DNA of 64,000 nucleotides from Octopus vulgaris (lineage: Eukaryota): contig OX597833.1 of NCBI GenBank assembly GCA_951406725.2, positions 51,336,001 through 51,400,000 on the forward strand, given 5' to 3'. Within the stretch, counting starts at the first letter, position 1, and every line of letters begins with the position of its first letter. Position numbers and translations under genes: made by a program. A model generated the notes under the pieces. It saw only the letters and a list, made by a program, of their open reading frames with translations, made no database searches and had not been told where the DNA came from. Below are positions 1 to 13,848 of the stretch, in pieces.

Positions 1-169
1 AGAAAATACAGGAGCATCAGTTAATTATGATTTTATTTAACATATTCCCCTCTCAGAATGATACACTTATTGCAGCAGACCTTCAGTTTTTCTGAGCCTT
101 GTAAAAGGAGTCGGAAAGTTGGGTCTTTCGCGATACCCTTACAGCCAGGATCTTTTTAGCAACCCTTCG
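1..169 (-). mobile_element. mariner-derived non-autonomous relic, runs off the window start
   Basis: Minus strand starts TA|CGAAGGGTTGCTAAAAAG (mariner-like terminus, TA at 170-171). About 36-77 encodes CNKCIILRGEYVK*, resembling the mariner transposase C-terminus (W.KCI...G.YVE). Confidence 0.55.
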
Positions 170-292
170 TACATACACACATACATATATAAATTTAATC
201 CAAACATGAAAACACAAATAGAAAACATAACAACGCGAGGACGTGGAACAAGTATAGTGTTATTGGACGCTCAGGAAAGGAACGAAAGGAGG

Positions 293-327
293 ATTTAACG
301 TTTCGAGCGGAGCTCTTCGTCAGAAAC
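293..327 (-). ncRNA. minimal type-I hammerhead ribozyme motif
   Basis: GUUU-CUGACGA-A-GAGC(UCC)GCUC-GAAA-CG-UU-AAAU: intact core, stem II, palindromic ACGU stem III and 4-bp stem I. Confidence 0.65.
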
Positions 328-451
328 ATAGGAAAAGGAAAGGTCCAAGGAAGGGAAAACGGAGAAAGAAAATCGCCAATGATACACACGTGGTCACATA
401 TTGAATCATATACATATATACTTCCCTTCTCTGGATCTTTCCTTCTCCTAT

Positions 452-486
452 GTTTCCGACGAAGAGCTCTGCTCGAAACGTTAAAC
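452..486 (+). ncRNA. hammerhead motif, U4->C degenerate copy
   Basis: GUUU-CCGACGA-A-GAGC(UCU)GCUC-GAAA-CG-UU-AAAC. Confidence 0.5.
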
Positions 487-869
487 CCTCCTTCTTTCTT
501 TCTTTCCTGAGCGTCCAATAATACTATATTTGTTCCACGTCCTCACGTTGTTGTGTTTTTTTGTGCTTTCTTGTTTGGATTAACTTTATATATATATATA
601 TGGGCACTGGAGCATATGCAATCGATTAACGCCCACTCTTCAAAATTTTTGGCCTTGTGCCTATATTATACGTGATCGTGTGTGTGTGTGTGTGTGTGTG
701 AAAATTGCAGCAGAAAATTTTGTCAAGAAATGCGTTAAATGCACTAGCAGCGACTTCGCCCTAATGGATTCGTGTAAAAGGATTTTCAACCCAGTAAAAA
801 ATAAGCCTAGACAATGGGCAATAGTATCCTGTTGGAGCTATTTAGACATTTTACCTAAAAGCATCCCAT

Positions 870-960
870 ACTGGTCTTCTAATATGTGACCTTTCGTTGA
901 TGAAAACACCAGCTTTTGAAAATACAGTGCGACCACAGCCAGTAGTAGCAAGATAATCTC
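870..960 (-). pseudogene. RTE-type LINE ORF2 terminal Zn-finger relic
   Basis: Minus strand gives TGCGRTVFSKAGVFINERSH, similar to the CGR.C.S..GL..H.R.H end of RTE ORF2, and collinear with the fragment at 1610-1830. Confidence 0.4.
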
Positions 961-1001
961 AGGACTATCTGCTATACAGAACTTCAAAAGCCCGCAGTTA
1001 A

Positions 1002-1032
1002 TCTATACATATGAAATTGACTATGTGCGTGT

Positions 1033-1106
<74 letters not shown>

Positions 1107-1500
1107 CCTCTATGCACGACCAAACAGCTGGATCAACCGGCATCAAATTTGGCATGGAGGTTTCTCATTACCCGGTGAAGGTTCTAAGAGGCGGGGAGCC
1201 AAATTTTGGCCCTTGCCCATATAGGGGGCTGTAGCCCAGAATACGATCCCTCTAATTTTTTTTTTTCGTTTTTTTTTTTGCTCAGGATTCCTATGTTTTC
1301 GTTGATGGAGATTCCGAATAGTCAAAAATCCCATATTTTCAAATTTTTTAATTCCTCATCCCCACAAATTTTAGATATTTAACTTTTTATTTTTTAAAAA
1401 TTTAAAAACATTTTTTTTTTTTCAATCTACGTGGAAAAATACGGAGATTAAGAATACGAAAAAAAAAAATTTAATTTCAAATTCTTTATGACGAACTCCA
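1002..1500 (+). mobile_element. 5' part of a microsatellite-carrying non-autonomous Helitron-like element
   Basis: A|TCTATACATATGAAATT start, internal (GT)n, then AACCGGCATCAAATTTGGCATGGAG, a layout like the Helitron at 37141-37920. No CTAG 3' end found; right boundary approximate. Confidence 0.45.
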
Positions 1501-1609
1501 GAATTGATCCACACACCCCTTGCTACTCCACCCCGTCGTCTAAAACTGAAAATGAACTACTAAATAATAACAGCTAAATGTCTGGAAAATCCGAAATAAA
1601 AGTAGGAAG

Positions 1610-1830
1610 AACTGCCACGCTGGTGTCTCAAGTCATAGACCACCGTTCGTTTCGGTTCAGAGGGAGATGTTCCCAAATAACAGTGTTGGCTTTCAAGGAC
1701 ATAAGGTCATCTTTTGTGACGTCATGAAAGGTCTATTTTGGTTTGTACAGGGTACGCTTACCAAGAACTAACTCACCATAAAGTAATTGCTTCGGAAACT
1801 TGAAGTTATCAAGACGGATGACATGAAGAA
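1610..1830 (-). pseudogene. RTE-clade LINE ORF2 C-terminal fragment, degraded
   Basis: HVIRLDNFKFPKQLLYGELVLGKRTLYKPK*TFHDVTKDDLMSLKANTVIWEHLPLNRNE matches the RTE/BovB-type motif GHV.RM...RLPKQLLYGEL..GKR..GRP..RFKD. Confidence 0.7.
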
Positions 1831-1885
1831 AATAATCCCATGGCATATGATATGTATGTATAGCGTCTGTATGTGTTTGTGTGTA

Positions 1886-1926
<41 letters not shown>

Positions 1927-2082
1927 CTGTGTGTCTGTGTGTGTCTGTGTGTGTGCGCGTGTGTGTGTATGTGTGTGTGCGTATGTACGCGAACATGTCC
2001 TCCGATATCTATATACCGTATATACGACGATATGCGTTTTCGTACACACTCGTTCACTCATTCACGGACATAGTAGAGCATA

Positions 2083-2122
<40 letters not shown>

Positions 2123-2299
2123 AGCGTAGAGTGTAGGTAGACATGGTCGGTAGGATATAGTAGTATACGTGTATGTTGACAGTTGCTGAAACCGAACTCG
2201 CTTCCTTCGTCTGACATTCTCTGATAAAGAGATCCTTGTTGGAACGGCAGGGACAGATGAGACGGCCTGATAACGAACGAAGCACAGTTGGTAGCCGTA

Positions 2300-2390
2300 T
2301 GAGTGGTGGTGATGGTGGTGGTGGTGGTGGTGGTGGTGGTGGTGGTGTTGATGGGTGGTGGCGGTGTTGGTGTTAGTGTTGGTGTTGTTG

Positions 2391-2422
<32 letters not shown>

Positions 2423-3140
2423 GGTGGTGGTGGTGGTGGTTGTGGTGGATGTGGTGGTATTGGTGGTGGTGGTGGTACTGGTGGTGGTGATGGAGGTGGT
2501 TGTAGTGGTGGCGGTGGCGGTAGTGATGGTAGTGGTAGTGGAGGTGGAGGTGGTGGTGGTGTTGGTGGTGGTCGTGGTGGTGGTGGTCGTGGTGGTGGAG
2601 GTGGTTGTCGTTGTCGTCGTTGTCATGGGAGGCTGATCGTGGTGGCGGTGAGGTGATGAATGGTGGTGGGTGGGTGATAGTAGCGGCGGCAGTGGTGGTG
2701 GTGGTCGTGGTAGTGTCGTAATGGTACTACTGCTGAGGTGGTGTTGTTGGTCGTGGTGATGGTAGTGTATGCTAGTGGTACGTTGAGATGTATAGTGCTG
2801 ATCATAATCGTGGTGTGTGCGTGTACGACACTAAACAAGCGTGTGTGTGTGTGTGTGTGTGTCTGTGTGCGCGTGTGTCTGTGTGTATATGTGTGTGCGC
2901 GTCTGCGACGAGCGTGTGTGTGTGCGTGAGTGTATGTGTGTGCGTGAGTGTATGTGTGTGCGTGTGTGTATGCGTGTGCGCTTGTGTATGTGTATGTGCG
3001 TGTGTGTGTTTGTGCATGAGTGTGTGCCTACGTGTGCGTGTGTGTGCGCGTATGCGTGAGTGTGTGTGTATGTGTGTAAGTAGGTGTGCATGCGTGCGCT
3101 CGTGTGCGCGCATGTGTGTGTGAGTGTGTGCATGCGCGGA
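2300..3140. repeat. (GGT/GTT)n followed by degenerate (GT)n microsatellite block
   Basis: Directly visible simple repeats. Confidence 0.95.
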
Positions 3141-3547
3141 GGTATGTAATAGTGATGTATCAGTATGCGGCGACAGTATGTGCGAGCTTGCGATGGTATA
3201 CATTAATAGCGGTGGTATACAGTGATGGCAATGGTAGACTTAGTGGTAGTAGTGATTAACTGAGTATGTGTACGTGTTGTGGTTTCTATGTGGTAGTGTA
3301 TGGTTGCAGTAGGATTTATGGAATATAACAGAAAATTCCGAGTTCAATTTCCGCCGAGGTCGATTTTGCTTTCATCATGTCGTAATCGATAAAACAAGAA
3401 CCAGTTAAGCACTGAGGTCGATATAATCCTAGGTATCCTTTTCCTTCAGTTACTTAACTGCGGCCATGCTGGACTGACTGAAGCTGTTCATGTAGCATTC
3501 CTGGTCAGGCGAGTACTACGCTGCTCATCTCTTTCCTTTGCTCTTGC

Positions 3548-3775
3548 GGTAGCTGGCAGAATCGTTAGCACGCCGGACGAAATGCTTAGCAGTACTTCGT
3601 CTGCCGCTACGTTCTGAGTTCAAATTCCGCCGAGGTCGACTTTGCCTTTCATCCTTTCGGGGTCGATTAAATAAGTACCAGTTACGCACTGGGGTCGATG
3701 TAATCGAATTAATACGTAAGTCTAGCCTTGTTTGTCCCCTCTATGTTTAGCCCCTTGTGGGTAATAAAGAAATAG
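3548..3775 (+). mobile_element. SINE family A, full length
   Basis: AGCTGGCAGAATCGTTAG head, GAGTTCAAATTCC B-box-like motif, GCCTTTCATCCTTTCGGGGTCGA core, AATAAAGAAATA end. GGTAGCTG is repeated at 3548-3555 and 3775-3782. Confidence 0.85.
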
Positions 3776-4399
3776 GTAGCTGTACATGCAATATTTTGTG
3801 GTTGTCTAATTGAAGTCCCACGTGACGATTCATTTGCTCTCCTTCTTTTCAATTTTCTGCTACCGCCATTTTTCGACCAATGCAGGATCTCTTCTTTGGA
3901 GAGATTATGTCAAGAAATATGACATAATAAACTAGGATGACAATTGTATGTTAATAATGAAGCGCCAGTGAAAAAATCTAAATACTATCAATATCTTATC
4001 AAATTATTAGAAATACGTACAATGAACTGAGATGATACTGTTACGTTAATAATTAAATTTCAATTTAAACATCAATATTTTTAAAAAATGGAAATTGTTC
4101 AATGGACAAATTTTTACCTTGGAACCGAATAAGCTTTACATAGTAACACGCGTATGCGAATTAATCGCGCTGGATGTAAAGGAGACAATCAATTTCTGAC
4201 ATTTACTTCGCAATGAGTTACCTCACTTGTCCACAGTAACCCTACGTAACCCAGGAAAGGGTGTTTTCTTTCCATAGAGGTCCCGTTATTCATTATGTTA
4301 TGTGAAAACTTTTAATAGTCTGAACACCATCTCTGGAAGATAAGTAATGTTTGTTGCCAGTTTGGAGAAAATCAGTTGTGAACTTCAGAGGTTATACGG

Positions 4400-4430
<31 letters not shown>

Positions 4431-4508
4431 ATCTTAGTTGGCTGATAGTATATACATATGTGTCTGTGCGTGTGTTTGTCTGTGCGTATATGTATATTTA
4501 TCTATCTA

Positions 4509-4543
<35 letters not shown>

Positions 4544-4613
4544 GTATTATATATATATATATATATCATTTATTATATATTATATGCATATAGATACACA
4601 TACACACACACGC

Positions 4614-4647
<34 letters not shown>

Positions 4648-4982
4648 GCTTATGAGTACATGCATGTTTATATATGTATGTAGGTTTCTGTAACAGATGT
4701 ATAAATCCTAATACATTTTTCTCGTTTTAAGAGATGACAATACTATTCGCACCGAAATTCTTTAGACGATATTATAAGCCAGAACGAAAGAAATAATGTC
4801 TATACGTACATAAATGACTATATATCGCATATCTATATACTCCAAAAACACACACTCAACCACATACGCACACAAATATATAGACCCACATATGTATACC
4901 TTTTTACTTACATATTTGTTTCTTTACTTATATGTTTGCACGCAATCATAAGTGTGTGTATGTGAGTGTATATACGTATGTG

Positions 4983-5018
<36 letters not shown>

Positions 5019-5339
5019 TTATATATTTATACGTTCATGTATGCATAAATGTTAGTTTTTAAAAAAATGTACTCCACGATATTTCTTGTTTACGCTTATA
5101 TACAGAGTCGTCTTCAAAATTCAAAATCTCCAGGAAGGACCACCGTGTTCTGTTGGCATGTCTTCGATTCTCTATATCAAGCAGAATTCTGCTATGACAT
5201 TCTGATATGGTATAAACAAGATAATAAACAGGTGCTGAGAAACAGAAAAGGATTCATCTCGCAGATATCTACCGCATGAATCCTGACACATTTTACGTGT
5301 TGTATTTAACAAACAGAAACAATGAGCCATTGCACTATA

Positions 5340-5940
<601 letters not shown>

Positions 5941-5969
5941 TATATGCTATATATATGTGTGTGTGAGTG

Positions 5970-6195
5970 TGGAGGCGCGTGGCTTAGTGGTTTGGGTGAC
6001 AACACCATGATCGTAAGATTGTGGTTTCGATTCCTGGACCGGGCGACGCGTTGTGCTCTTGAGCAAAGCACTTCATTTCACGTTGTTGCTCCAGTCCACT
6101 CAGCTAGCAAAAATTAGTAACGTTGCGATGGACTGGTGTCCCGTCCAGCTGGGGAACACATACGCCATAGAAACCGGGAAACCGGGCCCATGAGT
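5970..6195 (+). mobile_element. SINE family D (tRNA-like head, V-SINE-like GCGATGGACTGG...CCCGTCCAG block)
   Basis: TGGCTTAGTGG A-box and GGTTTCGATTCC B-box; homologous to 21045-21299. Confidence 0.8.
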
Positions 6196-6711
6196 TATCA
6201 CCATTTTATCCGGCATTCGTCAGATCTGTTTTCACAAGACTACCAGTAAGACGTAAACAAATCTGGTAATTGATGGGTAAGATAACAGCTTGATCGAAGC
6301 TGGACCTGATACTTTACCTCCAAACTTGAAACTTAATGTAATTTGTTGCAAAGGAGATATTTTATATAATATAAATATTACTCTGAAATATATACAGTAT
6401 TTATATTTCTAAGACAATCGACACAGGTACAGTTTACTTCAAATATCTATATATTGTTCATATATTATACGTGTATAAATATGTGAATGAATGTGTGTAT
6501 ATAAACACGCATATATGTGTGTGTGTGTTCGTGTATACGCGCACAAACATTCGCACACACCCACTCACACACACAGACACACTCATATATACATACGTAC
6601 ATATATATGTGTGTGTGTATGTGTGTGTGTGTATTACACAACGGGTTTCCAACAATCAAATCCACAGCAGAAGACAGAAATCCATAGCAGAAGACACTTG
6701 CTTAAAGTGCA

Positions 6712-6752
<41 letters not shown>

Positions 6753-6992
6753 TGCGCAAACTCTCTCTATCTATCGCTCACACACACACACACCTATATA
6801 TATATATGTATGTATGTATGTATGTATGGATGGATGTATGTATATAAGTAGGTAGGTAGGTAGGTGGGTAGGTAGGTAGGTAGGTAGGTAGGTAGGTAGG
6901 TAGGTTGATAGGTAAGTAGATATGTAGGTAGGTAGGTAGGTAGGTAGGTAGGTAGGTAGGTAGGTAGGTAGGTAGAGCTGGCAGATTAGGCT

Positions 6993-7221
6993 GCGAGCTG
7001 GCAGAAACGTTAGGACGCCGGGCGAAATGCGTAGCCGTATTTCGTCTGCCTTTACGTTCTGAGTTCAAATTCCGCCGAGGTCGACTTTGCCTTTCATTCT
7101 TTCGGGGGTCGATAAATTAAGTACCAGTTACGCACTGGGATCGATGCAATCGACTTAATCCGTTTGTCTGTCCTTGTTTGTCCTTTCTGTGTTTAGCCCC
7201 TTGTGGGTAATAAAGAAATAA
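6993..7221 (+). mobile_element. SINE family A inserted in (GGTA)n
   Basis: Matches the 3548 copy; flanked by (TAGG)n on the left and GGTAGGTA on the right. Confidence 0.85.
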
Positions 7222-7488
7222 GGTAGGTACGTAGGTATGAATATATTAACCAAAGAACACATTTAACCAGAAAAATATTGACAGAATGATGGGCCAAGAA
7301 GAGGAGGGAGGAAACTAGAATTAGGGGATAATCTACCGAATCTACAACTGAATCCATTGCTGTTTGACTCCAATGTTCAGATCCTTTCACACGAATACAC
7401 ACAAAATATGACACAAGAATAAAACACAATTATATACATACACATACGCCTATATTATAAATACGCGCGCATGCGCACTTACGCACAC

Positions 7489-7521
<33 letters not shown>

Positions 7522-7599
7522 CATGTATGTATATGCATATACAAGCCAACACATGCATTCACATGCATATATAACGTAAAACATGTACAAATATGTATG

Positions 7600-7694
7600 T
7601 GTGTGTGTGTGTAGATAGATAGACAGAGAGTCAGATAGATAAACAAATAGACAGACAGAAAGACAGATATATAGACAGATATATAGACAGATAT

Positions 7695-7787
<93 letters not shown>

Positions 7788-7883
7788 CAGATAGATAGGT
7801 AGATAGATAGATGTGTGCGTATGCGTGTGTGCATATGTATATATATATGCATCTATATCTATATCTATATCTATATCTATATA

Positions 7884-7936
<53 letters not shown>

Positions 7937-8468
7937 GCACACACACATCAATACATACATGCACACTCAGACATGTCATTCCTACATACATACATACATA
8001 CATACATACATACATACATACATACATACATACATGCATGCATGCATACATACATACATACATACATATATACATACATACATACAAACATATATACATA
8101 CATATATACATACATACATACGTAAATACATACAAACATACATACATACATACATACATATCTACATTCATACATATCTACATTCATACATATCTACAGA
8201 CATACATACATATATATCTATATACACATACATACATACATACATACATACATACATACATACATACATACATACATACATACATACATACATACATACA
8301 TACGTACATACATACGTACGTACATACATACATACATACATGCATACATACATACATACATACATATCTACATACATACATACATACATACATACATACA
8401 TACATACATACATACATACATACATACATACATACATACATACATACATACATACATACATACATACA

Positions 8469-8502
<34 letters not shown>

Positions 8503-8760
8503 CATACATACATACAAACATATATACATACATATATACATACATACATACGTAAATACATACAAACATACATACATACATACATACATACATATCTACA
8601 TTCATACATATCTACATTCATACATATCTACAGACATACATACATATATATCTATATACACATACATACATGCATACATACATACATACATACATACATA
8701 CATACATACATACATACATACATACATACATACATACATACATGAGCATACATACATAGA
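7600..8760. repeat. (GATA)n, (TA)n and long (TACA)n microsatellites
   Basis: Directly visible; includes an internal duplication of about 430 bp. Confidence 0.95.
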
Positions 8761-9184
8761 TATGGGACATACACACAAGCAATAATGCCGAAGTGAATGA
8801 GTGAGCGCCAGTCGTATGTACACAAGACAGATTATGTTGGTTCGCTACTCCTGTCTCGAAAGAAGTATACAAAACGAGAAAAAAAAAGCAGAAAATAAAA
8901 TAGATGGAAAACAGGGAAAGAGCTATAAAATAAAATGAAAAGCCAGGCAGCCCCAGCAGTAGCGTTTCTGGTTAGTTTACTGTCATCTATCTTGATAAAA
9001 GTTCTTCATATACTGATTTCGCTAGTAAATATTTATGCCACGAATGGCTGTTTATTGACAGGGGGCAGAGCGCCCTCAAGTGGAGGGTTCAGTAAATAGA
9101 GGTAAATATTTACCCGTTTAATGCGTTATTGTGGCAATTTAACTGACATGTCGGCCGGTCGAAAGAGAAAAAAAAATGATAACA

Positions 9185-9234
<50 letters not shown>

Positions 9235-9348
9235 GAATCAAGCTGCTTGAGCTACGAGGGAAATTGAAAAGATACAGAGCGAACGAGGAGTAGCATGGCG
9301 TAGACGGTTGGTCGCAAAAGGAGGGCGCAATAGTGTGATGACGATTGG

Positions 9349-9411
<63 letters not shown>

Positions 9412-9574
9412 ATGTGTGTGCATGTGTGTGTATGTGTGTGTGTGTGTGTCTGAGTGTGTGTGTGAATTTATGCTTGAATGAAGATGTATATGTATATTTT
9501 ATTGAGCGTATGTTCTTTTGTATATGCTTGCAATTATTTTGTGGATACATGAGTGTATATATATATATATATAT

Positions 9575-9619
<45 letters not shown>

Positions 9620-9620
<1 letters not shown>

Positions 9621-10034
9621 TCTTTACTCTTACTCTTTTACTCTTTTACTTGTTTTAGTCATTTGACTGTGGCCATGCTGGAGCACCGCCTTTAGTCGAG
9701 AAAATCGACCCCAGGACTTTGTAAGCCTAGTACTTATTCTATCGGACTCTTAGGCCGAATCGCTAAGTTACCGGGACGTAAACACACCAGCATCGGTTGT
9801 CAAGCGATGTCGTGGGGGACAAACACAGACACACAAACATATACACACACATACATATACATACATATATACGACGGGCTTCTTTCAGTTTCCGTGTACC
9901 AAATCCACTCACAAGGCTCTGGTCGGCCCGAGGTTATAATAGAAGACACTTGCCCAAGGTGCCACGCAGTGGGACTGAACCCGGAACCATGTTGTTGGTA
10001 AGCAAGCTACTTACCACACAGCCACTCCTACGCC
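9620..10034 (-). mobile_element. SINE family B (CCTTGGGCAAGT CORE-like motif, internal microsatellite, (AAAAGAGT)n-like tail)
   Basis: Minus strand GGCGTAGGAGTGGCTGTGTGGTAAG...GGTTCAGTCCC...CCTTGGGCAAGT...; more than ten homologous copies or fragments in the window; (TA)n on both sides. Confidence 0.9.
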
Positions 10035-10074
10035 TATATATATATTTATACATATATAAATATATATATATACG

Positions 10075-10109
<35 letters not shown>

Positions 10110-10472
10110 GCTTATATATATATATAGTTATTTATATATATATACATCTATGTATCTCTGTACGTCAATTTGTATATCATTATATCTCTCTATATGTGTA
10201 TGTACCTTTAATATAACGATATTAAAGAGTAACGAATAGTAATCAACAAAACAAAACAAAAAAGCGGGGACGGGAAATGTCTCATAGATTATTCGTATTG
10301 CCCACCTGCGGCTGTGTGCGTGTTCATGTGTATGCGTGTGTGTGCATGTGTGTATGTGTGTTGCGTGTTTATGGACACTTTCGTAAATACGCATCTATGT
10401 TTTATGCACCCATGTATCCAACATTTAGACTTTTATATCTATCTAAGCATGTATGTATGTATGTGGGCATGC

Positions 10473-10504
<32 letters not shown>

Positions 10505-10566
10505 CCCTCACCTTCTATATTTTCTCTGTGTGTGCGCTTATATATATATATATATATATATATATA

Positions 10567-10841
<275 letters not shown>

Positions 10842-11749
10842 TATAGATAGGTAAAAACATACATGCATACATACATTCACAGTTATGTATATACATGTGT
10901 GCGTGTGAGGTGTTGTGCGTTCGCGCATGTGTGTGTGTAGGGGACGGTTGAACTGACAAATATTTACACAGAAACTCCCAGCTTCGTCGTGTTTCAGTCA
11001 TTGGTCCCACTCCTTATTCACACTTCAGGCTTTACTTCCGATTGTATGCAGAGGATAATGTTGATTGATATATATATAAGCTAAAGTGGTGTTTCTATGC
11101 GATGAATAATGTGACAAGGGCAGATAATTCGGATACTTTTTGGGGGTCTGACGTCGGTTGTTCAGTGTCTTCAGATGACAGATTGCTTCATTCCAAGATA
11201 GTATGGAGTAATTGTTGGATAAACAGGAAGGGCTGTAGATCGGTCTCGAAGATGTAATAGGAAATGTTATCTTGTGTTTGTGTGAGAGTGTGTGTGTACA
11301 GATATATATATATATACATATGTATGTGTCTGTTTGTGTGTGTGTGTGTGTCTGTATGTGTGTTTGTGTGTGTGTTGATCTCTCACTACGACATTAGTAT
11401 ACACACACAACACAAACACATGTAAACAGTTATAACCACACAGACACAGAGTTAATACTACACACATCACACACACACACACTACCACACACACACACAG
11501 TTACCGCCACACGCACACACGCTACGACGCACTTACATTACCACAAACATACATAAACACACACTCAGTTACTGCCACGCACACACACAACCACACTCAT
11601 ACACACTACCATACACGCGCACACACACATACACGCACATATACACACAGATATCAACCATTCTTCACACTCTCCTATCTCAGAAAGCACTTTCTTTTTG
11701 TCCATCTATTTCCGATCATTTCAAAAATGTAACTACACATGGACTGTTG

Positions 11750-11940
11750 GCAATTTTTTCCCTCCTCCTTCCTTTTCTTTTTGGACTTTCCTGTCTATTT
11801 TCGAAGAGGAGCAATGCTCGAAATCTAAAACAACCTCTCATTCCTTCCTTCAGCGACTTATTAATATTCTGTATGTGCTAGTCCTTGCGTTGTTGTTTTT
11901 CTTGTCTTTTTTCTCCGTTTTTTTAAAATAAACTATATAT
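11750..11940 (+). mobile_element. diverged copy of the 421-590 Penelope-like repeat
   Basis: TTTCGAAGAGGAGCAATGCTCGAAATCT...GTCCTTGCGTTGTTGTTTTT...AACTATATAT parallels 452-590; ribozyme core decayed. Confidence 0.5.
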
Positions 11941-11949
11941 ACACTATTT

Positions 11950-12190
11950 TTTACTCTTTTACTTTCTTTTATTTGTTTCAGTCATTTGACTGTGGCCATG
12001 CTGGAGCACCACCTTTAGTCGAGCAAATCGACCCCAGGACTTATTCTTTGTAAGCCTAGTACTTATTCTACCGGTGTCTACTGCCCGAGGCTTTAGAAGT
12101 AGACACTTGCCCAAGGTACCACGCAGTGGGAATGAACACGGAACCCTGTTGTTGGTAAGCAAGCTACTTACCACACAGCCACCCCTGCGC
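11950..12190 (-). mobile_element. SINE family B, internally deleted
   Basis: Head and tail present; middle missing at about 12075. Confidence 0.85.
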
Positions 12191-12248
12191 CAATATATAT
12201 ATATTCTTTATGGCTACAGAGGCATGTATACATGGATGGGAATTTTTT

Positions 12249-12450
12249 GGGCGTAGGAGTGGCTCTGTGGTAAGTATATACATGTATATATATAAATATA
12301 TATATAATTCCCGTAACTTAGCGGTTCGGCCAAACAGACCGATTGCATAAGTACTAGGCTTACAAAGAATATGTTTTGGTGTCGGATTTGCTCGACTAAA
12401 AGGCGGTGCTCCAGCATGGCCGCATTCAAATGACTGAAATAAATGAAAGA
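12249..12450 (+). mobile_element. SINE family B, internally deleted
   Basis: GGCGTAGGAGTGGCTCTGTGGTAAG stub joined through a TA tract to the 3' half (CCCGTAACTTAGCGG...CCAGCATGGCCGCA). Confidence 0.8.
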
Positions 12451-12830
12451 ATACACAAGTACATACATGAATGTATGTATGTATGTATGTATGTATGTAT
12501 GTATGTATGTATGTATGTATGTATGTATGTATGTATGTATGTATGCATGTATGTATATGAATGCATGTGTGTTATACTATACAGCATTTGTTTCAGTTTA
12601 CAAACCGAGAAATACTAACTTCAATATAATTCTCTAAAATAATTGGGTAGCCCCAGCGTGGCCGCTGTCCAATCAACGAATGAAACCCGAAAATAAAAAC
12701 AAAACAACATGCACACATACATAAAAGTATTCATATATGCATACATAAGTACGTACATCCATATATATATATGTATGTATGTATGTATGTATATATGTAT
12801 GTATGTACGTACTTATGTATGCATATATGC

Positions 12831-12868
<38 letters not shown>

Positions 12869-12879
12869 GTAACTAATGT

Positions 12880-13150
12880 CGGATAAGGTCTGATCAGGAC
12901 TTAGTGCTTGCTTTTTCCATGGGTATGAGTAAGTATTCCACTTATATCTCACGTATTTATCGCTGAAGAGGGGAAAATTCTTATGAATTAGCCCCGAAAT
13001 TGGGTCCAATACGGTAATAACGGATTTCTTAGATATTTCTATCGCTCTGTTTCGAGACGCATAAATTATAATGGTTATTGACAATTTTTTGTCTTTTTTT
13101 CGGCATATTTGGCATTAGAAATTTTCTTCTGCCCTCATTTTGTAAATTAT
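12880..13150 (+). mobile_element. Penelope-like repeat family 2 with hammerhead motif
   Basis: Homologous in reverse to about 23292-23570 (TTCGGCATATTTGGCAT, TTTCGAGACGC shared); 3' end abuts (TA)n. Confidence 0.6.
12958..13011 (+). ncRNA. type-I hammerhead ribozyme motif
   Basis: UAUCG-CUGAAGA-GGGG..AAUUC(UUAU)GAAUU..CCCC-GAAA-UUGG-GUC-CAAUA; canonical GUC triplet at 13004-13006. Confidence 0.6.
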
Positions 13151-13227
13151 ATATATATATATGTATAAATATATATATGCATATATGCATATATGGATGT
13201 ACGTACATATGTATGCTGTATGCATAC

Positions 13228-13287
<60 letters not shown>

Positions 13288-13323
13288 TATTTATACATAT
13301 ATATACATATATATATATAAATA

Positions 13324-13357
<34 letters not shown>

Positions 13358-13619
13358 CATACACACATATATATATATATATATACATGCGTGTGTTATA
13401 CATCCTGTATGCTGCATGTACACGTGTCTATGTGTCCAGATATAGCGGACGAATGAGAGTTAATTTCATAGATTGTTAAATATCTAAGTAGATAAATAAC
13501 AAATAACTGTTATTCTAAACCTTGTAAATAGAAGCATTGCAAGTGCAAACATTATTGTATCCTATATCATTTTAGTTCATTATTTCCCAATTATCTCATT
13601 CAGGCCTGCGTCGATGAGG

Positions 13620-13808
13620 GGGTTTTTGTTGTTGTTGTTTTGTTGTTGTTGTTGTTGTTGTTGCTGCTTCTGCTGCTGCTGTTACTGTTACTGCTTGTGG
13701 TTGTTGTTATTGCTGTTTAAGTGGTGGAAAAAAGAAGAAGATAATCGTGAGGTGGCGTGAGGCGATGGTGGAAATGGTGCTGGTGGTGATTGTAGTGGTG
13801 GTGGTGTT

Positions 13809-13848
<40 letters not shown>

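Larger units (their letters stand above)
190..590. mobile_element. Two inverted copies of a Penelope-like short repeat with hammerhead motifs
   Basis: About 190-360 is the reverse complement of about 421-590 (TTAATCCAAAC/GTTTGGATTAA; TATTGGACGCTCAGGAAAG/CTTTCCTGAGCGTCCAATA). Both outer ends run into (TA)n. Confidence 0.65.
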
